A stretch of DNA of 63,994 bases, filler included, from Piedraia hortae CBS 480.64 (lineage: Eukaryota): NCBI GenBank assembly GCA_010093745.1. It is 3 parts of 3 records of this genome, joined end to end, with 100 filler letters (N's around TTAATTAATTAA, not from the genome) between each part and the next. Parts side by side here need not be neighbours in the genome. Positions count along the whole stretch, not along the records: positions 22,413 to 44,158 come from MU006062.1; 2 more parts are not named here. One strand, given 5' to 3'. Under the pieces are notes generated by a model. The model saw only the letters and a program-made list of their open reading frames with translations, was not told the DNA's origin and made no database searches. The first letter of the stretch is position 1. Every line of letters begins with the position of its first letter. Shown piece after piece: positions 23,456-34,878 of the stretch. Position numbers and translations under genes: made by a program.

Positions 23456-23829
23456 AACCTTCACATACGCCATGCCACGCTCTATAATCGTCTCACTGAA
23501 AAGGCTCTCCTGTCCTTGCAAGCGCCTGGTGTATGTATCCTCCAACGAAAGCGGTGAAAATCACGACAAGGGATATTGGCGAAGCCACGCCAAGTCTTCA
23601 GATAAATCCCCGCGAGAGAGCACAGCAAGGGAAGGAAGAACGATGCCAATAGATGGGGGAGAAGATAGGTATTGGAGAGGTTGAGGCATCAGGCTTGTTC
23701 AAGTGGTTTATGGAGCTTTTCGCTCTGCACATGTCACGGACAGGCCAGATTGATGAAGAGGGGGATTACATCAAAACGAGTCGGCAGTCGACCGACCCAC
23801 GATTCTGGCCTTAATTTCGACAATATCAT

Positions 23830-24509
23830 CACTCTAAGCCAGTTCCTTCCCGGCAGCCCAACCCGCACCTTGATATGCTACACGGCGCTATGCTTGGGTA
23901 CATCAGGTACATGGGGCTGGAGACCAAGATATATCCGGCAATGAAGGGGCTGCTGACGGAACTCACCGTTCGCATCACAGCAATGAACCCAGACGGGTTC
24001 GAGTCCATCCCAATCGCTCAGCAGATTTCCTACTAGAACGACACTATTAATGGTGATTACCCTTGAGCTGCCGCTTTTTAGCGGATAACCTGATGATGAT
24101 GCGACTGCTTGAGGAAGCCCACGCCATCCTTATGACTAAATTACGACACATGGACATCCATCGGTTTTGGCTTCGCCAGGAGGTCCAGCAGCACGCCGTC
24201 GAAGTCGACTGGATCTCTCCACCAACAACATGGTTGTCGATGGGCTCACAAAAGCTCTCCCTCGTCTGCCCGATTCATCCATCAGCTCACTTGGTTGATG
24301 TCCAACCCAGCCTTCCTATTCTGTACAGTTGAGGGGGTGTGTCGGACCGTGCCGTTGCTTGGCACACTGACACTTCCACATCAATGTGCACTCAATACCC
24401 GGATTCTTTACGAAACAAGATCCACTTGAGATTCGACCACCGGGAAGCCCATAGAGTCCTTTCGGGTCAAGAGCTGATTTCCTTCTACATGCCCTCCTCC
24501 ACTTTGACA
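23830..24509 (+). mobile_element. Copia 3' end relic: RNase H fragment, PPT and LTR (about 24340-24509)
   Basis: TKLRHMDIHRFWLRQEV and MVVDGLTKAL motifs; GAGGGGGTG followed by TGTCGG...TTGACA. Confidence 0.8.
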
Positions 24510-24615
24510 AGCAGCCCATCAGCTAACAGCTGATGGAATCCATCTTGTTCTTGGTAAAAATCTGCCACAGCCTGTGAAAGTCCCAACTCTGGCGAAACTC
24601 AAATGATACCGTGCC

Positions 24616-25290
24616 ATGGCTCCCCATCCCAGGATGAAGCGTCGCGAAATCAATGAAGGCAGACCCTTCTATCAGTTGGATACGGCGGGTTTTCTGAGGA
24701 TGGAAGCCCGCATACCAGGACTTCAAGTGGCCCAGCATCCCGAGGTGCTCAAGCCTTCGGACTCCGAGATTGTCAGCACGGCCAAGCCCGCAGAGCTGAG
24801 TGGAACGTGGCAGGAGGCTCAGTGGAAACGGGATCCGCGACTGCAACGCCCAGTGGGGATCGTGCTGGTGATGGGGGAGAGGAAACATGTCGAGCTAGGT
24901 GATGTTCTGAAGTTCTTCCTTCGCCTTGACATGAGATATGCATTTTTTTACGGGCGTGAAGTCCATAGGTCGCGAGGCAAGATGGCGGGAGTGAAACGAG
25001 ACATCATTATGAGGCCCATCGAAGAATGTGACACTCCGTCGCTGATCATCGAAGCAAAGAATGGGCGCCCAAATATAACCGACGATACGGTCCTGTTCCT
25101 AGAGGAGACGGACATTCTGGAGGCTTATCCTGCTTTGGAATTCGGCATCGCCTTGTATGGCGTCCACTCGACCGTTCGGCTACGTCGGTTCTCACACACT
25201 CCCATCCCGACTGCAGTCTTGCGACCGACGCGAGACTGGAGATATTGCACCTCGTTATCAACTTCTGGAATGATGGGGTCAAGGCGGTGA
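24616..25290 (+). CDS. Hypothetical protein, possible restriction-endonuclease-like motif
   Basis: 224-aa ORF containing RDIIM...LIIEAKN. Confidence 0.35.
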   Translation: MAPHPRMKRREINEGRPFYQLDTAGFLRMEARIPGLQVAQHPEVLKPSDSEIVSTAKPAELSGTWQEAQWKRDPRLQRPVGIVLVMGERKHVELGDVLKFFLRLDMRYAFFYGREVHRSRGKMAGVKRDIIMRPIEECDTPSLIIEAKNGRPNITDDTVLFLEETDILEAYPALEFGIALYGVHSTVRLRRFSHTPIPTAVLRPTRDWRYCTSLSTSGMMGSRR

Positions 25291-25899
25291 GGAGTTCCAG
25301 AAATAATGGTTTCCAATGAGGAAATTACCGGGATCAGATCTAGGTGTGGCCGACAGCCTGACAACCTATTATCCGCCAAAGACCAATCTTCCAGATGAGA
25401 TTGAAGATCTCTTACATCTGTGGTGCGCCGCTGCAAGACCGACGAAACTCCTGTATGTGACGCACACCGTTGGAGTCGATCGTTGGTCAAAAGGTATGAT
25501 CGCTTAGAGTCAAAACATGCTGCGCCTGTGGGCAAACTTCTGGGGTACCCACTCCATCATGAAAAAGGTCAAGCACCACAATCTGTTTCGCCTCCCTATG
25601 TGGGTGAATTGGTATGACCCACCGCTTGGAGGTTTGGCAAAAGTTTCCGAGGCCATCAACAAGCACTTACGCCACCGATGCCGGCAAACAAATTGGCGTG
25701 CAATGTCCCGCAATGTTAACATCCACAGTTAAAACGAACTCGACATGCATCACATCGCCGAGAGGAGATGGTGCTGCATCGACAATCGGTTCATGACCTA
25801 TCCAGATTGGAGTTCCCGAACGTGTTTGCCCCGGCTCTTGCTCGACAGCCCTGCCCAAAGTCAGAGTTTGCCATGTGATAGACACCGGCTTGAATACAC

Positions 25900-26040
25900 C
25901 GTTCAACATTCCCCCCGGGGTACCGCCCAGGAGAAAGTTCTGCGAGAGTTTAAAGACTCTGGTATTTGGGATGGTACCATCCGGAAGTCCCAATCCGTAT
26001 GGAGTTCTCCCAGCTTTCTAACTCCAAAGGAGTGTCAAAA
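25900..26040 (+). mobile_element. Gypsy RT N-terminal fragment
   Basis: GTIRKSQSVWSSPSFLTPK matches the G.I..S.S.W.SP.....K motif. Confidence 0.65.
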
Positions 26041-26399
26041 GGTCGGGAGGAGATGTAAGCATCTGACGTTTCCCCAGCCACGAATAGCACGCCTTTGTGA
26101 AAACGTTTGCACCCGGCGACTTGGTCCTATGAGTCCGTCAGCGAGCTCACAAACACGAGTCGTTTTACAATGGTCCCTGGGGATTCGTCGGCTGTCTTGA
26201 CGGAAACACTTACACGCTACAATCCCTCGGTGGTATTGCCCTCAAAACCAAATACAATGGCACCAAACGACTATTGAACGCAGACCGACAACAGCTCCAG
26301 CAGGACGCAAGCTTCTAAACAATGAAGGCCCTACAAAATGCCTGGTCATGATGCTCACAATTGACCAAGGCAAAAGCAACCAATTCGGCCGCCGTCGCG

Positions 26400-26640
26400 A
26401 GTATGGAAATATCTCGAGATCACAAGGAACCTATCTTCATCCCGCGTGCTATTCAATTGCGGGTTATTGTGGCAGAAGGAATCTCTGGCTTTCGAGATAT
26501 CTGAGCAGTGAAGGTTTGGCTGTTGCCTTTCTGGGACACCATCGACTGGAAAGCTACCAAGCAGCCCTTGGTCACCAAATCAACCACGACAGCCGAGTTC
26601 CTTGCCCTCTCAAATGCAGTGTCAATCCCATCCCAGTTGA
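26400..26640 (+). mobile_element. Copia RNase H fragment
   Basis: IDWKATKQPLVTKSTTTAEFLALS. Confidence 0.8.
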
Positions 26641-27049
26641 AGAAAACTCCGACTGCAGTGATGGGTCTGATGCTGCAGCTCCCTCGGCAATTGTACTGTC
26701 GCCCTTATTGGATGACCTGTTCTCAACTCCGGACCTCTTTTACCTTTCTCGCGACAGATCCCGCCGGGTTAGGTTTCCACCTGATCTCAGGGTCAACCGG
26801 AAAAAGAGGAGTGGATGCTATTTGGATACCAGGTTTACCGTGTCGTCCATGACTGCGTGGCCGAAGTCCCATGGCAAGGCAGATATCTCGTTGCATTGAC
26901 CGCTGGACACGACGTGGATTCTCGCAAGAAAGACTGAATGCGCAGTCTGCTTGGTTAAGGACATCGTTTGGACAAAGCTGAGCGGGAATTAAGGGCGGGT
27001 TTCTGGACTGTCGGGGTGCTCGTGGGTTAGTCAACCCGTATGGCCTGTT

Positions 27050-27270
27050 GAGTATAACAACCATATGGGTGGGGTTGACTGACACGACCAGCTGCGGAGC
27101 TACTAACCTACGCAACTGAAGGCACTCCGGAGATGGCTGCCGCTCTTCTTTTTCCTTGGGGACGCCGCAACTATCGATGCGTACCTGTTGCTGAAACAGT
27201 CTGAAACCATGGCTTGAAAATTCCCGAAGCGAGAAGTCAAACCTAGTTTAGCACAAGCTCTGTTAGAATA
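27050..27270 (+). mobile_element. piggyBac transposase relic
   Basis: EYNNHMGGVD*HDQLRSY, then RRWLPLFF..DAATIDAYLL and LAQALL. Confidence 0.8.
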
Positions 27271-27768
27271 CATGACAGCTAAATGCACTGCCAGTTTATC
27301 AGATCTCTGCCGCTTGCGGAAGGGTTGTTGAGACCGAATTCGTCTCCGAATAGTGGAGATGATTACGTGAAAGGATTTGAAGACTAAGTCCTCTCATTTA
27401 TCTAGTTAGGAGGGTTTCTTCCAGAACATCATTCATCTAGAGATATTCACTTTGCTCTCTACTGAGGTATGAGTTCTTTCCTTGCCCTCTGACACAGTTG
27501 ATACAACTCAGACTTTGACGTTGACTCATGACTTAATTCAACAGTTCGATTCATAGCGTCGGTCAACGATGAAAGAGGTCCTCTCAGAGAGCATCAATTG
27601 ACTTCCCATCCGCGGCTTCAGTTTGGCTACTTTCATCCTGTCCAGTCTGTTCACCAGCCCACTCTTTCCTCATCTTCTTTTGCTTGTTATGTTTCTAAGG
27701 TCAAAGGCCCATAAGGGCAGCCGTATGCTCAGCCTCTTCCAAACTGGTCTTCAACCCAAATATATCAT

Positions 27769-28287
27769 TTATATCAGCTGTCTTGCCCACCCACGGACCA
27801 AGTATGTGGGCATAATCTCAAAAGCCTTGCGGTGCTGCTTATCGAAGTCATAACTCAGTTTGATGCCAAGGGTTTCCAGGTCTACCGTGAGCTGCGTTAA
27901 ATTGACGTACTTTAGTTTCGTCCATTGCACCGCAGCATAGGCCTGATTGCTGGCGTCGTTCCATTTGAATTGCACTACAAACGCTTCCAGGACATTATCC
28001 AGTGTGTCAATCAAACCGCTGCGGTAATATGCAGTCTGTACACACCACATCCGGGCCGTGTCCGTAAGCCGGGAGGCGATCGTGGCTCGAAGGCCCTTGG
28101 GATTGTATTCAAGATCTGGAAGAGCCTCCCGCGCGAGCTTGACCGGGAGAATAAATTCATCGTACTTCTCCGGTGCGCCGTTGTACAAAGAAACCAGGTC
28201 TATGAAGTTGATGTGCGGCATGTCGGTGGGGGACGGTTGCGCAGAGCGGTTGCAGTGGGTGAGGCGTAGCTGCAGGTCTACCATCAT
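27769..28287 (-). mobile_element. Retrotransposon Gag-like fragment
   Basis: SRLTDTARMW...FVVQF resembles the retrotransposon gag L.G.A..W motif. Confidence 0.5.
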
Positions 28288-29039
28288 TCAAGCGGCCCCC
28301 TCCCCCCGGATTGCCTCACCGAAAGAACCAAAAATACAAGCAAGCTGGATACTATTGACGACCTTCTCCGGTACCCAGCACTTTAAGCTGGATATACCGA
28401 TGAAGATAGGACGGGTTCGCGTCAGCTGGAGGTAGTGCAAAACCAGCGACACTGTGCCCCGGAACATGAGCAGGCTCGGCGGTCGCGGGAGCGAATTTCA
28501 AAAATGAGTTTAATCAGTGAGGCCTCCGTAGAGGCGCATCAGAGACTGGCCTGAGTAAGAACAGATACTACACTTGATCTAAGCCAAAAGGCAAAAAGAG
28601 CTGAAGAAGGGAAAAAGAATTTGCGTCGGGAAAATTTAATATAGCGAGGCTTCACGCTAGCGAGTCATGTTGGATGCGCTAGTTGAATCCACGGGACGTC
28701 ATTGGCTGTACAGAATATGCTAGGCCATATTAGGCTAGGGCCTCCTCTCAGCGAATCTTACAACCAACGTCGTATAGTCACCAAGTCATTCGTAAGGTAT
28801 GGTGCTTCCGTAATCTTCGCAACCGATCGATTCAAACGGCTACGAGCACAAGGAAAGCCGCCGGCGTTTGAACAACAAGCTCTTTCCACTCTGCCGTCAT
28901 TCCCTTCAATCCTACTTCCAACATCAAACTACAATCCCCAATTCCATATCTCTACAAGCGCTCTCTGCTCTGTAATTATCGAACAATTTTGGAGGATCAG
29001 CGCAAAGGTATAAATTCGACTAAGGTGATACGACCTACG

Positions 29040-29420
29040 TCCCTCGAAGTCCGGCCTTAATATCCCTTGCTCAGTCCTTGAATAATGACCAAGCCGTCAG
29101 TGTACGTGTTACTTGGTATTTGAAGCCATGCTTTCTCTTGTAACCAGTATACATTTGCTTCTGGCTTGTTCTCGGCCTGCAGCAGGCTACAAAAACCCCA
29201 GACGATATACTGCCCCAAACCTTGCTTGCGGCAGCGTAAGCCCTTTCTTTTCGCAGGTGGGCATTCGTCGCAAGTTGGCACAGTGTCGTTTGGCTATCCA
29301 TGCCACAGTGTCCTTGTAAGCAACGGACAAAGTCAGGCTAAGGACCTGTGCCAGCTCACAATACGGCATGGGCCAAATGTGCATATAGAGTAAAAGACAC
29401 AGGCAGGTTTCTGCAGACAC
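29040..29420 (-). mobile_element. PIF/Harbinger transposase relic
   Basis: Frameshifted VWGF..CRP..QKQMYTGYKRKHGFKYQV..DGL. Confidence 0.8.
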
Positions 29421-30047
29421 TCTGTACCTGTATCAACTCGTTCTTGTACACTCAGTTGCGGTTTCTGAACTCGTAATGCTTTCGTGGAGAGCGTATAGCA
29501 ACGACATCCGACGGGGCGGGGACGTTATGCATAGGGGATGGAAAGGTAGCCTGGGCTGTTAAGGCATTGCAGTCCATTCTAAGAGCCCGAATCGGGTCAC
29601 CTTTCGCTATATCGGGCCAAAATCTGTCCTGGAGGTCCAAGGAAGTATATTAGCGATGCCCGGCCGGATTTTATCGCTGACGTTCGGAGGCGGATGTGCA
29701 TCCCGTCGTGTAATGCGGTTTAATGCGCGACAATACTCCTGTGGGGAAGCCGGTTCAACACATCAACAGCGGTTGTGCCCAAAACGGTGAGGTATATCGG
29801 ACTCGATAACAGCCTCTTGCTATGGTAATTGTGGTGCCGCCTTGCTGCTCTGCAAAATTTTCGTGTTGGAAGAACTTTACCTGCTCAAACTATAAGCTTA
29901 ACCCCAAACGCACCAAGCACAAAGAATTGCTACACCATTTCCCCATATTCCCAAACAAGAATCAAAAACCCATTAATCATTCTCTATAGTCTAAGCGTTA
30001 TGCGCTCCCCCATCCCATATGAATACCCCCCATCAAGTCATGCAACC

Positions 30048-31832
30048 CTACCAACTAAAAACCCATCTCACCCCCCTGATAATCCCCCTCCCCACCCCCC
30101 TAACAACCCTCCAAACCACCCAAGTCGCCCAAACCGCCCAAAGCACGCCCATGACGAAGTATTCCAACACCATAAACCCCACCCCCCTTAAACCCCAATT
30201 ACCCCCCCTCTGGCGAAGCAGGTCCTCCACATGTTCACTAAACCTCAACGGATGCGAAGCAGCCAGCCCCTCAAGCGTCCTCTCCGCATCGTCAGTGACG
30301 GAGTTGATCTGCAAGAGAAGAGGGTGGGCGAGGTGGGAAGATATCCTCACTTCGGGGAGGTTGTGAAGCAGTCCTTGGAGGTCGTTTAGTGCGGAGTCGA
30401 GACGCTTTGCTCGGATTTGGGCTTCGTGGAGTGAGTGGGATGGTGGTGGGATTTTCTGTGAGAGGAGGGAGGATTTGATTCCCAAGGTGAGGAGGAGGAC
30501 TTTTGCGCGGGAGACTTCGTGCAGGGAGATGATGTTTCCCTTTGAGATGGGGGTTTCTTTGCGCCATTTTTTTCGGGGGATGATTCCGCCGGAGGGAAGC
30601 GGAGTTTCCTCCACGCGTGGCTGTGTGCCGTCTTCGATGGATTCTTCGGTGAGGGGTTTCTTCCTCCCCACGAGGTCGGTGAGTCTGGCGAGACGACTAT
30701 CTTTTGAGAGAGGCTGCAGTGGTTTGAAGTATAGTGCAGAGTCGAGGGATTTACGCCCCTCGCCCGGGGAGGGGGACCTTTCGTACGAGCTCCTCCGTTC
30801 TTTGCTGTGTGGTCTGAATATGGGTAAGCGGTGGTAGAGTTTTGAAACTTGACTGGGTAGTGGCTTCTTTGGGGATTGAATATCGTATAATCTTGGAGAG
30901 TAGGGTTCCCAAGTTTCTAGCGGACTTTCCCTCCCATCGGCGGATTTAGCCCGGTTATGGTAGAGGGCGGTGTTTACTGTCAAAGACTTATTATGTCGTG
31001 AGCGACGGGGCTCGGTTGAAAAGTCTGTAGGAGTTCTTTCGGGGGACGAGGATGCACTGGATACGCTTGGGGAACGAGCCCAGCGACGGAGGAGACGATT
31101 GTGTTTCTTGCGAGGTTCTTGTTCGGTTTCCTCGCCTTGTTGGAGGCGGTTGCCGTAGCGGTCGAGGAGATGTATTTTGTTATCGCCCGTCTCGGTCCAG
31201 TAGGCGTCTGCGAGGAGTTCCGAGGGTTCAATCGTCCAGGCATTCTCTGGTTTGGTCATGACAGAACTAACCGTGTCTGTTCTGCGGTGACGGGATGGCT
31301 CAGGAGAGGCTGTTTCGCCGCTGTAGGGAGGTAAACTACCTGTTGCTTCGACTTCATCCACCCAGCCGTTCACCCGCTCCACATCCTGCCAGGAGGATAT
31401 CGGCGCCGGCAAGGGCCGTCTCAGCTTGATGCGCAGTTTTCGATTGCGCAGGGACTGCAGCGGGTTGTACGCTCTATCGGTTCCTTGTACCAGAGGCGGC
31501 AGCAGAGTCAGCAGTCTCCTGTGCTCGGCGGCGAGTTCAAAGTACTTTCTGGCCCGTTCAGCCCTGGAAAGCGTGGCCGGAGTGAAGTCGAGCGATTCTC
31601 GTTCCGTCGCTTCGCCCACCGTCGACGCTCGCCGCTCTTCCATCGGTGCGGCCGGCAGCAGCGGCGTTCGGTTGCTGTTTCCGGTGCGGCTGCGACTCTG
31701 GCTGAGGTCCAGCGCCAGCTGCACCAGCTGCGCGGCGTCGATTCCGGTATCATTGGAAGTGCTGCTGCGCAGAGAAGACGCCCCATCGTCGATGCTGTCC
31801 AGCAGGAACCCGCCTCGTTTCCGCCGGGACAT
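30048..31832 (-). CDS. Mtc4-like conserved protein
   Basis: YNPLQSLRNRKLR motif and C-terminal hydrophobic segment; likely start MSRRKRGG. Confidence 0.65.
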   Translation of the reverse strand: MSRRKRGGFLLDSIDDGASSLRSSTSNDTGIDAAQLVQLALDLSQSRSRTGNSNRTPLLPAAPMEERRASTVGEATERESLDFTPATLSRAERARKYFELAAEHRRLLTLLPPLVQGTDRAYNPLQSLRNRKLRIKLRRPLPAPISSWQDVERVNGWVDEVEATGSLPPYSGETASPEPSRHRRTDTVSSVMTKPENAWTIEPSELLADAYWTETGDNKIHLLDRYGNRLQQGEETEQEPRKKHNRLLRRWARSPSVSSASSSPERTPTDFSTEPRRSRHNKSLTVNTALYHNRAKSADGRESPLETWEPYSPRLYDIQSPKKPLPSQVSKLYHRLPIFRPHSKERRSSYERSPSPGEGRKSLDSALYFKPLQPLSKDSRLARLTDLVGRKKPLTEESIEDGTQPRVEETPLPSGGIIPRKKWRKETPISKGNIISLHEVSRAKVLLLTLGIKSSLLSQKIPPPSHSLHEAQIRAKRLDSALNDLQGLLHNLPEVRISSHLAHPLLLQINSVTDDAERTLEGLAASHPLRFSEHVEDLLRQRGGNWGLRGVGFMVLEYFVMGVLWAVWATWVVWRVVRGVGRGIIRGVRWVFSW

Positions 31833-31924
31833 GGCGGTGGAGGCGGCGGTGGTGGGATGTGAAATTTCACACATGGCACGTGACACGTCACACGTCACAC
31901 GTCGCACGCAAACATTCATGTCTG

Positions 31925-32694
31925 ATGTTGGTCAGAAAACGCAGCCACGACGACATGGAAGGGACATTGGTGATGCAGATGTTCCAGTCGTTTCGCTCTG
32001 AGCTGGACGAGCATCATGACCGGCGCGAACGCGTCATCAAGGCCAGCCGCGACGTAACGGCGGCGTCCAAGAAGGTCATCTTCTCTCTGCAGAGGTCGGC
32101 CATCCTTTCGCAGCATTTTCAGGCTAAACGGAGTGCAGGTGCCGCAGTCTGGGTGAGGCAGTGCCAAAGAAACCTTTGGAGCCACACTATAACACTATTC
32201 GCACGCATCTGTCGTCGGTGGCGGCCGATCTGCAGGGAATCAACGCCGCCAGATACGAGCGACAGATTACCTGGGGATTGCAAGAGTGGATGGAGGCGGT
32301 CGCGTTTGAGACTTATCTAGAAGAAGCAAAACTGCTAACTTTTGACGACGCCGTTGCCAGGTTGCGCTCCTTCGCCGAAGGGTCGGCCATGCCACTAACC
32401 TACAAGGATTATCTCCTCGGAATCTACGACACGACGGGCGAGTTGATGCGGTTTGCCATAACCACAATGGCCACTGGTGGACAAGTCCCTGCAGTGTCCG
32501 GTCAGCCAGACCGCAACGTCGTTAATGACTTACGTATGCTCAGAGCCGCTCTGGAAAGCCTCAACTCTGGCCGCGGACCGTTTGCTAATGAAGTAGACAA
32601 GAAGGCCCAGGTGATGAGGACGAGCGTGGAAAAGGCAGAAAAGGCTCTCTACGGCCTAGTAGTCAGAGGGGCTGAGATGCCCGCTGTCGGATGA
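31925..32694 (+). CDS. TRAX: Translin-associated factor X (intron about 32096-32139)
   Basis: ELDEHHDRRERVIKASRD, LQEWMEA and DYLLGIYDTTGELMR motifs. Confidence 0.88.
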
Positions 32695-32777
32695 ACGCAT
32701 TCAAAAACTATTGACTACAAACGCACTCAAAAGTATTAACCTCCAGGGCGTATGAACATTGAAAGAAGGAACGAAAC

Positions 32778-33706
32778 CTATGCCGAAGTAGTTGTGCTGG
32801 TGCCGGTGGTGCTCTTGTTATGACTAAACCACCCCTGGGTGGCCCCGTAAGCGCAGACAATTATCACGATGATTGCGATAATCAAGACTGTCGTCCGTCA
32901 GTAAATTCTTCAATAATCAGCAGATACTCACAGCAGATGCCCAGGCAGATCCACTTCTTCTTGCGAGCACCGCGGGCGCTTTTGATTCCCTTATCCATCT
33001 CCTTATTACCGCTTTCTACATTATCCTTCGCTGCAGTCGCTTGCTGCTCGGCCTGCTGTATTTTCGGCTCCTGCATGACAATCATCTCGTCGAGTTGTTG
33101 GAACAAGAGGGTCAGTTCGTTCATCGTCTGCTCAATCTGCTGAATGGCCTCGTGGCGCTGCTGCACGTTACGCAGCGTGCTCTGGGCCTGGCCGCGTCGG
33201 TCGGCGTGTAGGAGCGCTTGCTGAAAGATTTGGGTGTTGCCGCCGCCTTCGGTCGCCTGCTGCAGCTCCGTCTCGGTTGCGTCGGGCCGCACAATGAGGT
33301 ACTGCCTGCGCTGCTGTTCGTTGACCTCTCTGCGAAACTGCGCCTCGCTGGACTGAAACGCTTGTATGGCCTGTCTTATACGCCGGTCGAGCGCCGCCAC
33401 CTGGCTGCTGTTGCGTGGGTTGTCTGCCTCGGGCTGGCTCTTGATGCGACGCACGCGATGGGCGAGCTCGCGGAAGCCGGCCATGATATCGGCGCTCAGG
33501 TTCTCAATCTCAGCGTTGGACGTGCCGTTGCCGCTGACGAAGCCGCGCTGCAGCTTTTCCAGCTCTGGTAGACGAGCCTCTTGCTGGTCAATTGCCTGCG
33601 ACACTGAGCGGCAGTCATTGAGGATCTTGTTGGCGTCTGCCACCGGCTGCATCTCCACCTGCTGGCCAGTGGCATAAGGGTTGGAGCCATAGTTTTGCTG
33701 TGCCAT
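32778..33706 (-). CDS. SSO1: Plasma-membrane syntaxin (Sso-type t-SNARE), one intron before the TM segment
   Basis: RRQYLIVRPDAT, SNARE motif RHEAIQQIEQT, ARKKKWICL followed by a hydrophobic anchor. Confidence 0.88.
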
Positions 33707-33975
33707 GTTAGATGTTAAGGTTGTGGAGGTAGCGGAGACGAGGCTGAGAGACATACCGCCATTGATTAGTAAAAATGGAAAGAGCGACGAGTGGTTGGAA
33801 CAAAGACGCATCTGTCGGCTGACGTCCCTGTAACGGAACGGAGGCGATTGGCCCCTGACGCTCGGTTGATTGACATTTGCCTAATTGCGGCCAATCCATC
33901 ATCCGTGTTCGTCCATCCGTTAATTCGTCGCTATTCATTGACTATACAATTACTTGGCCACTTCATCTCTCCAAC

Positions 33976-34872
33976 ATGAGCTGGCTCTGGCGCTCTGAAT
34001 CGTCTCAACACGCAGCGCATGACAGTCCGCCGTCAGAACACGGGCCCGCTCCGCCGTCCGTCTCGCCGTCTGTCCCTCCACATTCCACCCCTCCACAGTC
34101 CGTTTCGCAGTCCCCCCCGCAGTCCCTTTTCCCCGACGGCCGCTATGCCCACCTGTGGAAGACGTATCGCCCTCCGTCCGAGGTAGCTGCTGCGGAACAG
34201 TCGGAACAGGATGTCCTGCGCAGTATTACAGCAGCCTGCAACAGCCGCAAGTCGGCGCTTGGCCAGGCGGCGCTGGAAAACTGCATCGAGGAACAGCTGG
34301 CAGAGCGCGAGTGCTGGGAACGTGGCAGCGCTTGGGAACGACTGACGGCGTGCCGTGAGCCGTCGGCCAGATTCAACAGATGCTACAACATGCAGCAGCG
34401 CTTCCTCAAAGCTCTCGGCTTCCTCAGCACCACCATCGACGCCGACCAAGAAGAACGCATCCAGATGCACGCAGACAAGCTCTACCATGAGATGCTGGCC
34501 CGAGAGGCAGCCTCTGCTTCGGATCTACCTCCGTTGTTGACACCAGAGAGCATCAGAAAGGCGCTCGGAGACAATTCACCCTGGGAACGCGCGAGAAAAA
34601 AGGCGATTGAAATGGGAGAGGCCGATACAACTTTTACAAACCTACCGCCCGACCAGCAAGACGCCATCCGTAAACGGCTGGAAGGCATGAGCGAGACGGA
34701 AAAACAAGTAGAGTTGCAGCTGCTGGTGGCCGAGGGCCGCGCACACCTGGAGCACGCCGAGCCGGTGCGCGAATGGTATGCCGAGGAAAAGAGAGCGCGA
34801 GAGGAACGGCGAATGGCGGGCAAGGAAACGTTTGGGGACCGCGTCAAGAATCTTCTCAAATTTACCGACTGA
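33976..34872 (+). CDS. Twin CX9C-motif protein, putative mitochondrial intermembrane space
   Basis: CIEEQLAEREC and CREPSARFNRC; start MSWLW. Confidence 0.7.
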   Translation: MSWLWRSESSQHAAHDSPPSEHGPAPPSVSPSVPPHSTPPQSVSQSPPQSLFPDGRYAHLWKTYRPPSEVAAAEQSEQDVLRSITAACNSRKSALGQAALENCIEEQLAERECWERGSAWERLTACREPSARFNRCYNMQQRFLKALGFLSTTIDADQEERIQMHADKLYHEMLAREAASASDLPPLLTPESIRKALGDNSPWERARKKAIEMGEADTTFTNLPPDQQDAIRKRLEGMSETEKQVELQLLVAEGRAHLEHAEPVREWYAEEKRAREERRMAGKETFGDRVKNLLKFTD

Positions 34873-34878
34873 ATAGAA

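Noticed and set aside
23500..23540. RRLQGQE resembling the GTP cyclohydrolase I motif RRLQVQE
   Set aside because: No other GCH1 motifs nearby.
31426..32001. Long antisense ORFs over real genes (also 50225-50770, 56578-57282, 58090-58662)
   Set aside because: Shadow frames of GC-rich coding sequence with no independent motifs.
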